DNA of 64,000 nucleotides from Cyanophora paradoxa CCMP329 (lineage: Eukaryota; Plantae; Glaucophyta): assembly GCA_004431415.1 (NCBI GenBank), contig QPMI01000553.1, positions 124,001-188,000 of the forward strand, read 5' to 3'. The notes under the pieces were generated by a model. The model worked only from the letters and a program-made list of their open reading frames with translations. It was not told the origin of the DNA and ran no database searches. Shown here piece after piece: positions 49,367 to 60,559 of this stretch. Made by a program: the position numbers and the translations under genes. Position 1 is the first letter of the stretch. Each line of letters begins with the position of its first letter.

Positions 49367-50335
49367 GCTTCGATCTCAATCCGACGATCGACCTGCTTAG
49401 CAGGCGGCTCCGCGCCTCGCCGCCGAGCTCGAGCTGAGGCCGCCGCCGCCCGCCGCGCCGGACCCGCGCGCGCGGATCAGATCAACCAGGTCAGATCGAC
49501 ATCTGCGCGCAAACAAGATCTAGCTGCGCGCGACGCTTCGAAACAAGAACCAGCTGCGCGCGAGCGCAGAATTCGAAGCTAGCGCTTTGTAACGCCCTCT
49601 AGATCTTTTAACTTCGCGATCGGCCGGGCTCGAGCGCTATCCGGGAGGTACCGGAAGCCTGCGCGCGGGGGGTCCTTGTGGGGGAGGTAGGTCCTTGTGG
49701 GGGGCCAGTGGGGGCCCAGCCGCCCAGGGGGGGTCCAGCAGGGGGCCGCTTGGAGCCCCAAAATAGCCTCGCGAGTTCGAATTTGGCAGGCTTTAATTGG
49801 GGTATCCACAATGCACATGCGCAGGGAAAAAACTCTTTCCTCTTGTTCAAATTGTTGGTGATTTGGTATATATATACCTCTATGAACACATCTAGTGTTA
49901 TTACGTTAACGTTCTTATAAAAGCTTTAATTTTCTTGTTAGCCTATATATATATACTACTATGATATATATATAGCAGAAATCGATGAGCGTTCTTGGAA
50001 AAAAACTTACACGTGGACGTCGGAGCCCCGCGCGGCCCGGGCCGCCGGCGCCCGGCCCGGGCCCCGGCCCCCGGGCCCGGCCGGCCTCGAGGCTCGAGCT
50101 TGCAATTAATATTGCACGCGCAGTTAAGCACGTTGCGAATTGGCCCACTGGCCCCGGTAAGTTGGCGCTCCGCTAGATCGAGCTCGGCACCAAGCCCTCA
50201 TCGAGCCTCTACCCCCCAGTGGTGAGGCAGTCCGAAAGAGGCGGTGAGCGTCGTCGTAGCGGGCAGGCCACTCGGCCTAGACCCTTAAAAACTTTGAAGT
50301 TGGACGTACGGAGGTCCCAAGCAGCACACAGGAAG

Positions 50336-52277
50336 ATGAAGGAACGCAGCCGGCGATCTGGCACCATGGTGAGTCCCGCCAGCTGAGTCTGGGCCTGCTC
50401 TGCCACCCCGACGTCGTTTTGTTGACTTATATGTGCTTTCTCTCTCTCTTTGTCGTCGCAGCGCACGACGAAAGGGCAGTGGTGCGTTCTGCACTCGCCG
50501 CCGCTCATACCTTCGTGCCCGGCCGCCGGTGACCCTGAGTTGCGTAGGCGCCCGGAAGAAGATGCCTGTCTGCTGGATCTCGTTAACAGATTGGGGCCTC
50601 GCTCTTGGGTGCGGCATGAACTCGTCATACCGCTGAGTGGCGTTTCCACTCAAGGGCCGCTGCGCAGAGCTCCATTGCGTCTGATCTGCAGTCTATGGTG
50701 CCCACAACATGCCGAACTGGCAAGCAGTGCCGGGAACGTGCGTGGGCTCTCGTTTCCCTTCCGGGGCCTCTGTGGACGGTCCACTGATTCGGCCCATGCT
50801 CTCGGCGTTCGCTTGTCCAGGTTACCTAAACCACCTTGATCCTTCGATCCGGAAGGACCCATGGTCAGTTCGCCCCGCTGCGCACGCAGATTCCAATCGA
50901 ACCCTTCTGACGTGCGCGCTCATCCAGGACATCCGATGAGGATGCTCTGCTACTAAAGCTGCACGCCGAGTTGGGTAACCGCTGGGCAGACATCGCAAAG
51001 GTGCGGCGCCAGGTACCCTCAATTTGAACTCTAGATGGGCGCTCACCGCTGACGCAGATGCTGCCCGGCCGGTCCGACAACGCGTGCAAAAACCGGTGGA
51101 ACTCCACCTTAAAGCGTCAAATGCCCGAGAACGAGATGGACAGCGACGAGGACGACGAGGATTCGGAGGACGACTTCCTTCCCGCGAAGCGCAGCTCGAA
51201 GACCCGCGGTGCGGCTCCCGTCGCTGCGCTGCGACATGCAACCGCTCATGTTCGATCCTTTCAACTGCAGCGACGCGTATGTTGAAGCGGGCGAGGCGAA
51301 CTGTGGTGCAGGAGATGCCGCGCCTTACGGCTTCGGCCTCGGCGAGCGGCGACGACGACGACTCGGAGGAGGACGCACACAGTTCTGAGGAGGATGCCGA
51401 GCTCGTCGTCGAGCCGGCCGTCAGCACGCGGCGCTCGGTGCGGCGCCCGTCCACGCGGCGGCTCTCTTCCGCCCGCTTACCAGTCGCCCCGCAGGCGCAG
51501 CGCGCTGCTGATAAAGTGGCGGCGGACATCTGGCCGCAGCCGATAATAAAGGTGGAGACGGAGCCCTCGCCGTCGCTGGTGGTGCGGGTGGCCTCTCCGG
51601 TGCAGCCGTCGGCGCAGGCGCAGCAGCAGCTGGCAGCGGCGACGTCTCCCTCGGCGATGTCGTCTGCAGCCTCGGCGGTGCGGGCGGTTGCGGTGAAGCC
51701 AGCCGCTCCGGCGGTCGCGGCAGTGGCACCAGCAGCGGCAGCGGTGGCAGGGCCGTCGGTTTCGGCAGGGCCCTCGGCCCACCCTGCGCCGGTGCCCAAC
51801 GGGAAGCCCCACGCGCGGATCAAGCTGGCGCGGGGTCGGCCCCTGGCAGCGCCGGCGCCGGCAGGGGCGCTGATGGTCGGCATGCACCGCTCGGACTCGC
51901 TGCCGAGCCTCGTGTCCGAGTCCTCGGAGGGGTCGTCGAGCTCGCAGCCGTCATCGCCGTGCTCGCCTTGCTCGCCGGTGCTGCCGTGCGAGACGGCGCT
52001 GCCGCGGGCCGGCTCCTCCATCACGTCGTCGTCGCTGGCGCTGCTGGACTCGCTGGTGTCGCAGCCGTCGGCGGCGTGCGACACGTCGGGCCTTGAGTGC
52101 ATCCGGGAGCTCGACATCGACGTGGCCAGCTTCCTGGACGACGCCTCGGTCCCCTCGGACTCGTCGGCGGCCGGGAGCCCCAAGTCCCGCCCCGCCGGCG
52201 GCCCCGCCCCCGCCGGCTTCGAATTCGACCTCTTCTCCTCCCTCGTCGACGAGGACCCGTTTTCTGCCATTTGCTGA
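50336..52277 (+). CDS. R2R3-type MYB transcription factor, multi-exon
   Basis: KGQWRPEEDACLLDLVNRLGPRSW...[66 protein letters not shown], followed by an acidic/Ser-rich C-terminus. Confidence 0.93.
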
Positions 52278-52708
52278 TTTTATTATTTACGAAGGTTTCT
52301 CATTATTTCCAGTAGCTCTATGATACTTTTTGACCAGGCAGGGTGCCGGCTGCGCGCCCTTTGGGCGCCGGCAAGGCTTAAAACCACAGACCTGTACCAA
52401 ATTCTTTATCTCTGTTGTATACTCCGCGAATAAACTCGTGCGAACCGACAGTGCTGTTCAAGCCACGGGTGCCGTCAACGCCACACTTTGCACGCGTGCG
52501 ATGTGTATGCAGTGTCGGATCGAATTCGATTCTCACGATCTAAATCTAAATCTACATCAAATTCTAACTGTTTCCTGCATCTGCTCTGAAAAAGAAGTGA
52601 AGCGGCTGCCCGCTGAAAATGAGGCCTTGCCGAGGCGCCGCGGCGCATACAGAGCTCGAGAGAGGCGAGGCGGCAGGCGGCGCCGAGGCGCGGTGGGCGG
52701 CGGCCCAA

Positions 52709-54941
52709 TCAGTCGGCGCGCTCGGCCTCGAGGCTGCGACGGTTCCAGAGGGGGAGGAGGAAGGCGGTGCAGATGGCACAACAGGCGAGCATCGCGATGA
52801 AGTAGGCGTTCCACCCGTACTTCTTCACGACAACCTGCCAGGAAGAGCAAGAAGAAGAGCAAGATCAGGGCAGGTTGCTGCGCCGCTCGAGCAGGCTTGT
52901 TCAATCGCGTACGGTGACGGGGTGGCCGGCGGCGGAGGACCCAAAGTAGGCGATCCAGCCCAGGAAGCCCGAGGCGGTCGACACGGCGCTCCTGCGGGCG
53001 GTGTACGCGTTAGAAGGGGGCGTGAGGAGTGGGAACGGAGCGGGGGGGCGGGGGGGGGGGGTACCGGTCGACGAGCTCCATTCCGGCGAGGCCGATGAGG
53101 AGCTGGGGGCCGTACAGGAAGAAGCCGACGAGGGATACCGCGAGCCAGTCCAGATAGCGATACCCCGAGGGGACAGCCCAGAACCCCAGGATTGACACCG
53201 CGATGCCTGCGGCGGAAGAGCTCAGGACTGAGTGTACGGGACAGAACAGACGAGAAGAAGGAAAAAGAAGAGGGGGGTACCTGCGAGGAACATGACGATG
53301 ATGGGGACGCGGCGGCCGCCGAACATGTTGTCGGAGGCCCAGCCGGCGGCGAGGGAGCCGAGGAGGCCGCCGATCTCGCGCCCCGAGACGCGGAACGCGG
53401 CCTCCTTGGCGTCCGAGACGCCCTTGGCGTCCATGAGGTAGAAGTGGGACCAGCTCGTCACGCCGCTGATGAAAACATAAGAGAGAGATAAGCAAGAAGA
53501 AATAAGAGAGAGAGATAAGCAAGAAGAAATAAGAAGGCAGAAGAAAGAAGAGAAGAACGCTGGCGCACTTGCGGATGAAGTAGAAGAAGAAGTAGGAGAG
53601 GGCGAGGAGCCAGCAGGCGGGGTTGGAGAGGACGTGCTTGAAGAGGATGGTCTGGAACGACTCCTTCTTGGGCGGCGCGAGGGCCTTGCCCTTGGCCTTG
53701 GGCGGGTTGTCGTTGCGGAAGACCTCGACGGGGGGCAGGCCCACGGCGTAGGGCGAGGCCCGGAGCTCGCTGAGGGTGTAGAGCCCGGCCAGGACGCCGA
53801 TGGCGCCGGGGAGCCACATGCCGGCCTTCCACCCGATGGTCGACGCGGCCCAGCCGGCCACGATCGCGATGAGGAAGGCGCCCAGGTTCTGCGACGTGTT
53901 CCAGATGCCGCAGACTGTGCCCCGCTCCGACTGCGAGAACCAGACGGAGAAGAGCCTGCGCCGCGCCCGCACGCGTGAGCCGCGCCGGAGAAGGAAGGGA
54001 AAGGGAGCGAGAAAGGAGCTCACCGTGTGCAGACGGGGGCGCCGGTAGCCGCGAACCAGCCGACGAGGCCCCAGATGAGGGACATCGTGGACACGTTGGG
54101 CGCCATCGTGAAAAGAACGTTGAGGCCGCCGGTGACGAAGAGGCCGAGCGCGAAGAGCAGGCGCGGACTCACGAGGTCGCCCGCGATGCCGCTGCGGCGC
54201 GGGCTCGGGCGGCGCCGGGAGGGCGGCCGGCGGGGCGGAGAAGCACCTGATGAACTTGGAGAAGCCGTAGGCGATGGGGAAGATGGAGGTGATGATGCCG
54301 ATCTGCTCGAGGGTGACGGCGCCGCTGCTCCGCAGGACGGGGGCGACGTAGGTGAAGCTCGCCCGCGTGAAGTTGGAAGCCATGTTTCCGATGAAGAGGC
54401 CCATGAAGACTCGCGCACGCCACGTGTTGTACTTGCGCACGAGCGCGGGGTCGGTCACGTCGACCTCTGGCTCAGCGGGAGCGCCGGCGTCGGTGCCCTC
54501 CGCCGACGCGTCGCCCTCCGCCGCCGCGTCGCCCTCCGACGCCGCACCGGCGCCGAGCTCGCTGCGTATGGGTGATGCGCGGGCGGGGCCATCGCATGCG
54601 TCGCCGGTCCCTGCCGCGGCGGCGCTCTCCCGCGCGCGCTTGAAAATCGATCGGAGAGCCCGATCGTGTGCAGAGCGGCCCGTGAGGAAGCTGGAGGAGA
54701 TGCTGGCGGTGCTGTGGCAGAAGCTGCGGCGGGCGGGCCGCCTCAACGAGCCGGAGGCCGCCTCGAGGATCGAAGTGGGACGGGCGGCGCTGACGAGGCT
54801 CGGCTGCCGCATGCACCGTCGCGCGTCTGTACTGTAGCTAGCGGACGTGCTAGCCGCCGGTCCGACGGCCGCGCTGTGGCCGCCGGCGAGAACCCGATCG
54901 GCCCGAGGGAGCGGGCTCGGGGGTGCGAAAGCTGCCTGCAT
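52709..54941 (-). CDS. uhpC: UhpC/GlpT-family (MFS organophosphate:Pi antiporter) transporter with plastid transit peptide
   Basis: Presequence MQAAFAPPS; FTRASF; AYGFSKF; WFSQSERGT..GIWNTSQNLG; P.AVGLPPVE; GWASDNMFGGRR; GFFLYGPQLLIGLAGME; GFLGWIAYFG. Confidence 0.88.
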
Positions 54942-55418
54942 CGCTTCGCGGGTGTGCTGCCGCCGCTCAATTGGGGCCACTGTCGTCAAACGGCAACGGC
55001 GGGAGCGATTTCGTCTTGGGGGGGCTTACCGGAGGGGGGTAGAGCATTGACGATGCCGCGTTCGGCGCCAGCGCCGGCACCCTCTGCGCACTGCGGCGCA
55101 TGCCTCGCCTTAAGCATATTAAGCACGTTAATTCGGCAGCGTCGCCGGGCCTAGGCGCCCAGCGCGCCGGCCCTGCCAACGCCGGCGCCGCGACTCCGTG
55201 ACTCGGCGAGCCCCGCCTACGCTTAAGATCCACCGAAGTTGAATACGATCATTTGAATTCGAATCCGATAAACTGAGAGGCGCGAAGCGGGGCGGAGGCG
55301 GGCGGTCGGAAGCTTAAGGGAACGGGCGGACGTGGACGAGGCAGGGAATGCAGGGAACGGGGGCGACTTGCAAGGAGGAAAGCGTGGGAGGGGAAGGGGA
55401 AGCTGCGATGCGGGGGGG

Positions 55419-58400
55419 CTACGGGCCGGCGGCCTTGGCGGCTGCGCCAGCGCCCGGGGCGGGCGGGTTGGCCGCCTGCCACGCCTCCAGCAGGGCGGGC
55501 CCGAGGGAGAGGATGACGGGGTACACGGGCGCGAACTGCGTGTCGCCGCGGGCCGTGACGCGGCGGGTGTACGCCTCCAGGGAGGCCTGGCACTGGGCCC
55601 AGGCCTCGGCCTCGCCGTGGGCGTCCATCCAGTCGCTGTACCCCGCCTCGGTCATGCCGAGGCGCGCGTGGGGGAGCTGGAGCTCGTCGGGGGCGCGGCT
55701 GAAGAGGTGGTGGAGCACGGCGCTGGGCGGCAGCTGGTCCTTCTCGGGGCCGGCGGCCAGCGCGGCCGTCTCCATGAACACGAGGGACTTGAAGGCGCGG
55801 AGGGCGCGGTACGGCTGCCCCAGCTTCTGCAGCGGCTGGCACAGCGGCTGCAGCGCCGCCTCCATCTGCGAACGAAGGAAGGAGTTGGGCGAACGAAGCG
55901 GGAAAACGGGGGGGTACGTGTGCGTACCTGGGCGAGGTCGGCAGCCATGCGGAGCTTGCCGTCGTCGTTGAGGGGCCGGACGAGGGCGAGGTGGCGGACA
56001 AAGAAGAGCATGACGCGCGCCGCCAGCCGCCGCGCGTGCCCCGCGAACATCGGGCTCGCCGTGTACAGCGCCATCGCGTTCTCCCTGCGAGCGAAGCGGC
56101 GGCGGGCGGGCGTGAGAAGAGGAGGAGGAAGCAGGAGTAGAGGTTCGAGTAGAAGAGGAGGAGGAGGGGGCGCGTAATCTTGAAAGCAGTAGTAGATAGT
56201 ACGCGGCAGAAGTAGAAGCTTAAAGTAGAGCGAAGGGAGACGAAGAGAGAGGGGGCACCGGAGGTTGGTGATCTGGCGGACGACGACGCGCATGTAGCGG
56301 GAGCACTCGGGCCCGCCCGAGGCCCGCCCCGCCTCGTTCTCGGCGGCGCCGGGCCCCGCGAGCCAGTCCTCCTTGTGCATGGCCAGCAGCGTATTCTCCA
56401 GCTTCTTGGCGGCCGCCGAGAAGACGGGCGCCATCGCCGCGTCCGCTACGTCGGAGACCTTCGTAGACGCCTGCCTCAGGGCCGCCGCGGCCCCCTCGGG
56501 CAGGCTCGCCAGCACGCCCTCGATCCCCGCGAGCAGGTGCATCGCGCTGCGGAGAGTGAGGCCGAGCTCGGGATCGGCAGCCAAGGCTAGGCGCGCGCGC
56601 GCGCCTGTTGCAGAGGGCGGCGTTGGTGGCCTGCGCTGGCGTGGTGCCCTTGCCCAGCACCGTCGCCTCGCTCCCCGTGAGGATCTGCACGGCTTTCAGA
56701 AGGAAGGGCGGGGGCCGGGGCGGGCGCGGGCGCGCCATCTGCTCGGCTGTGGCGGCGAAGAGGCGGAGGGCCCGCCCCGCGTTCTTCGCCACGTTCCCGC
56801 AGAGCGCCGCGTGGCCCGCCACAGAGGCCACCTCCTCCTGCACCGCCTGCGGAGGAGGGGTAAGAGGGAGGGGTACGGCTCGGGTTGGGAGGGGGGTACG
56901 CGCCTTGACGAGGGCGTCGAGCTCGGCGCGGGGCTGCGTGAACGCCGCCCCCGAGCGCGTCGCGAAGACGGCCTGTACCCGCTGCGAGAGCCGCTGCGGA
57001 GGGGGGTACGGGTAAGAGGGGCGGGGGGAGCGAGTCCCGGGGGGTACGGGGCGCGCCTGGAAGGAGGCGGTGAGGAACGCGGTTTCGAGCGCGGAGAGTG
57101 CCCCTTCAAGGAAGGCCTGCTCCTCCTCCGTCGTCACCGCCGTACCCTGCATCGACCTGGGGGGGGGGGGTACGCGGTACGTCTTCGTCAGAACGGATGC
57201 GCCACCGGAGGGGGGCGCCTTCGGGATCGGTCGGGGGTACCGGATCTGCGTGAAGAGGCGCGTGAGGGCGTCGTTGAAGGTGCGGAGGAGCTTGGGGTAC
57301 TCGGCCACGAGCGCGTCCTGCAGCATCTGCGAGCCTGTACCCCGGTAAGCGACTGTTCGAGTCCGCCGGCCTGTACCCCGGTCGCACTCTTGCAGGCGCC
57401 CTCGAACTCGTCCCGGAAGATATCCGTCATCGACGACCAGAAGGTCTGAACGGTGCGAACGAAGTGAGGAGCCGGTGAGGGGGTAAGAAGGGAGGGGGGT
57501 ACGGGGCCCTCGCCTGGGCGATGGTGCGCTCGCCGGGGCCGACGAGCTCCTCGAGGAAGCAGGCGCGCGTGACGGGGTCCCGCTTCTTCGCCAGCACCTT
57601 CTGCAGCTGCCACACCTGCCGGGGTACGTCAAATAGAGGGCTGGAGGGGGGTACGCGGGGCGGGACGCGCCTGCATGCAGCACGTCTGCGCGAACTCCAG
57701 CATGCTCTCGAGGCGGGCCCAGAGGGCGGCGCGCCAGGCGCCCCCGCGGGCCGGCTGCGACTGCGCGCGCTGCCCCGGGCCCGTGGGGGTCTGCCCCGCC
57801 CCCCGCGCGTCCTCCGCCAGCGACTGCGGGTCCAGCGCCGAGTGCACCGCGTGCGCGAGCTGTACCCCCCGGCGGCTCGGACCCGGCCCGGCCCGGCTCC
57901 GAGCCGCGGGGGGGTAGGGGCGGCACCTGGTCGGTGATGCGGGCGACGACGCCGCCGACGCGCTCTTGTAGCCCCCGAACGTTGTAGAAGATCTGCAGCG
58001 CGCTGCCCAGCTCCGCCTGGCTCTGGGCAAAGGCGTGAGAGGAGGGGAGGGGAGAAAGGGAGGGGGGCGGGGAAGGGGGGTACGGGCGCACGAGCTCCTC
58101 GAGGCCCTTGGCGAGGATACGCTCCGCGTCGCTGCGGACCTTGGCGCCCGCCTGCGCGACCCACGCCGCCTCGTCCTCGACGACCTGTACCCCGGACAGG
58201 TCCCTCTCCTTCAGCTCGCACTCTGCGGGGCGAGATCAGAGGCGCCCGCGGCCTGTCGCCACCCGCGGGGCGACGGGGGCACGCGCCGAGCTCGTAGACG
58301 GCCTGGGCGGCCTTGGCGAGGTCGGGCACGGAGCCGTAGAGGTGCGTGCGGAGCGAGGAGATGAGCTGGAGGAAGCGGTGGACGCGCCGCAGCAGCTGCG

Positions 58401-59026
58401 TAGCCGCCAGGACGCGCTCCAGCTGCACCGTCTGCTGCTTCATACGCTCGAACGGCTCTGTGATCTCCGCGCGCAGCCTGCGCCCCCGCGTCAGCCTCGG
58501 CGGCTGGTCGGGCGGAGGGCCCGGGCCCGGCCCGGCGCGCCTGGCGACGGAGGCCTGGAGGTTGTGTGCCCCCGTGTTGACGAGCGAGAGGCTGCTGTCG
58601 AGGTTCTGCAGCGAGGCCACTTGGTGCAGCAGCTCGTCGTGCTTAGTGATGACCTGCGGCGCGGGGCGCATTCGGCGGGAGCGCGCCGCGGCGGCGGCGC
58701 TCGGCGCCAGCCACCTCATTGCGGAGCTCGTCCTGCAGCGTCGATACGCCCGAGACGAGCTTCTCGCGGATGGTTGAGACCTGCATGCATGCCGCCTCAC
58801 GCCAGGCGCGCGAAGCGAGGCGCGGCACGCGGCGGACCTGGCCCGACTTGATGACGGAGCTCACGAAAGATGTCGTGTCGAGCTTCGGGTCGACGAACTT
58901 TGCGAACAGTTCTGTGCGGCGGCCCGTTAGCTGCGGGTCCGCTGCGACGGCAGAGACGCGCGCACCATCCTTCTGGAGCTGCGCGAGGAGGCTCTTCCCG
59001 CCGCCGGGCCCCCCGCTCGTCGCCAT
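55419..59026 (-). CDS. COG5: Conserved oligomeric Golgi complex subunit 5, multi-exon
   Basis: LQDELRNEVITKHDELLHQ; QVWQLQKVLAKKRDPVT; EYPKLLR; FFVRHLALVRPLNDDGKLRMAADLAQME; PYRALRAFK. Confidence 0.92.
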
Positions 59027-59288
59027 TCGTCCCGACGCTCTACCCCCTCCCAGCTTCTCCCCCCAAAGTCAGCTGTCTCATCGTGCTTGTCGCGCTGCTC
59101 GGCGGCCTCCTCCGCTTTACAAGCTTCCTCGGTGCTTCACAGGGTGCGCAGAACTGGCCCCGCCGCTCCCCGAGCGGTTCATACGCACTCTTGCGGCGCC
59201 CGGCGCTTCCTAGCCGCAACTGCACCCCTTGCCGCCACGCCGCCAGATGCCTGGCCTCCTGCCACCGCTGAAGAGAGCATCGGCGCAG

Positions 59289-59781
59289 ATGGCCAAGTCC
59301 AACACGCCGGCTTTTAAGCAGGAACATCCGCTCGAGAAGAGAAAGGAGGAGAGTCGGCGCATCCGCGAGAAGTACGCAGACAGGATTCCAGTCATCGTTG
59401 AGCGCTCGGAGGCGGGCAAGACGGACGTGCCCGACATCGACAAGAAGAAGGTCCCCTGACCGCAGCGCGCTCTGCGCCGCCGCATGTTCCTCACGCGCCG
59501 CGCAGTACCTCGTTCCGGCCGATCTGACAGTTGGCCAGTTCGTGTACGTTATTCGGAAGCGGATCAAGCTCTCCGAGAAGGCGGCGATCTTCATTTTCTG
59601 CAACGGGACCATCCCGCCCACCGCCGCGCTAATGAGCACGGTCTACGACGAGCAGAAGGACGAGGACGGCTTCCTCTACATGTGCGCGCCCGCGTGCCGC
59701 GGCCCCGGATCGCCGCCCGCGCTCCGCCCCTCTGACCGCCGAAACAGCACGTACTCTGGTGAGAACACTTTCGGGCAGTAG
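59289..59781 (+). CDS. ATG8: ATG8 ubiquitin-like autophagy protein (3 exons)
   Basis: [30 protein letters not shown]...[28 protein letters not shown]...[18 protein letters not shown]. Confidence 0.98.
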
Positions 59782-60559
59782 GGCGCGCGCAACGACACGC
59801 GCTCGAGGCAAAACAAACGCTGTTTGCACCTTAGGGCGCGCGCCGGCCGGCTTTGCTGTGTAGATTAGCTTCTATGCTTTGTACAGTTTCCCTCCTATGC
59901 TTTGTACAGAATCGACTTTGGCCTTCCGTGCTTCCACCCGGCGCTCGCCAGCTGCGAGATCTGCGGCGGAACTGGGTTCGCCCCGCGCCGCGACCGCTTA
60001 TCCCCATTCATCCAGGTTCGAATTCGACCCACACCGCCGAACGCCAATCAAGGTTCGCCCATCGCCCGCTCCTTAATCACGTCTCTCAGAGTCTTCTTCT
60101 TGCTAACGCTTTTGGCTTTCCAGGCTCCCTAGACCTGTGCCTCAAGCTGGCCATGGCGGGCCAGGGCGTCCGGATCCCCTGCAGGTTTGGTTGCCGCTTT
60201 CGCATGGCACGCGACCGGTGGCGCGCGCGCGGCGCCGCCGAAGGACCTGAATCGTGGAGGGCGGCGCGATCCTAGCTATAGGCCTGGGCGTGCGGGCTCC
60301 CTCTATCTCCCCACCTCCGCGCCGATCCGCCGCCATCCTTGTCGGAGGGTACCCGGTGCCGGACGGCTGAGACAAGTAGAGCCGCGAGAATTATATCTGG
60401 GTACAGCATCGAGTGATGGGTACAGCGTGAAAATCGCGCGAATTCGAAGGGTACAGAGCGAAGGGCGCCGAGGGTACGTATTCGAGGGAGGCGAGCGCGG
60501 AAACGCCCTAGGCCTGCACCTGAGGAGGGCAGTGCTGCGAGGCGCCCAGCCGCGGCGCG

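Noticed and set aside
49580-50020. AT-rich island upstream of MYB considered as a MITE or transposon relic
   Set aside because: I could not identify terminal inverted repeats, target-site duplications or transposase remnants.
53466-53565. Hydrophobic LLISLSYFF repeats in the 659-aa UhpC ORF, suggesting extra TM helices
   Set aside because: They come from translating through an intron containing a pyrimidine-rich tandem repeat.
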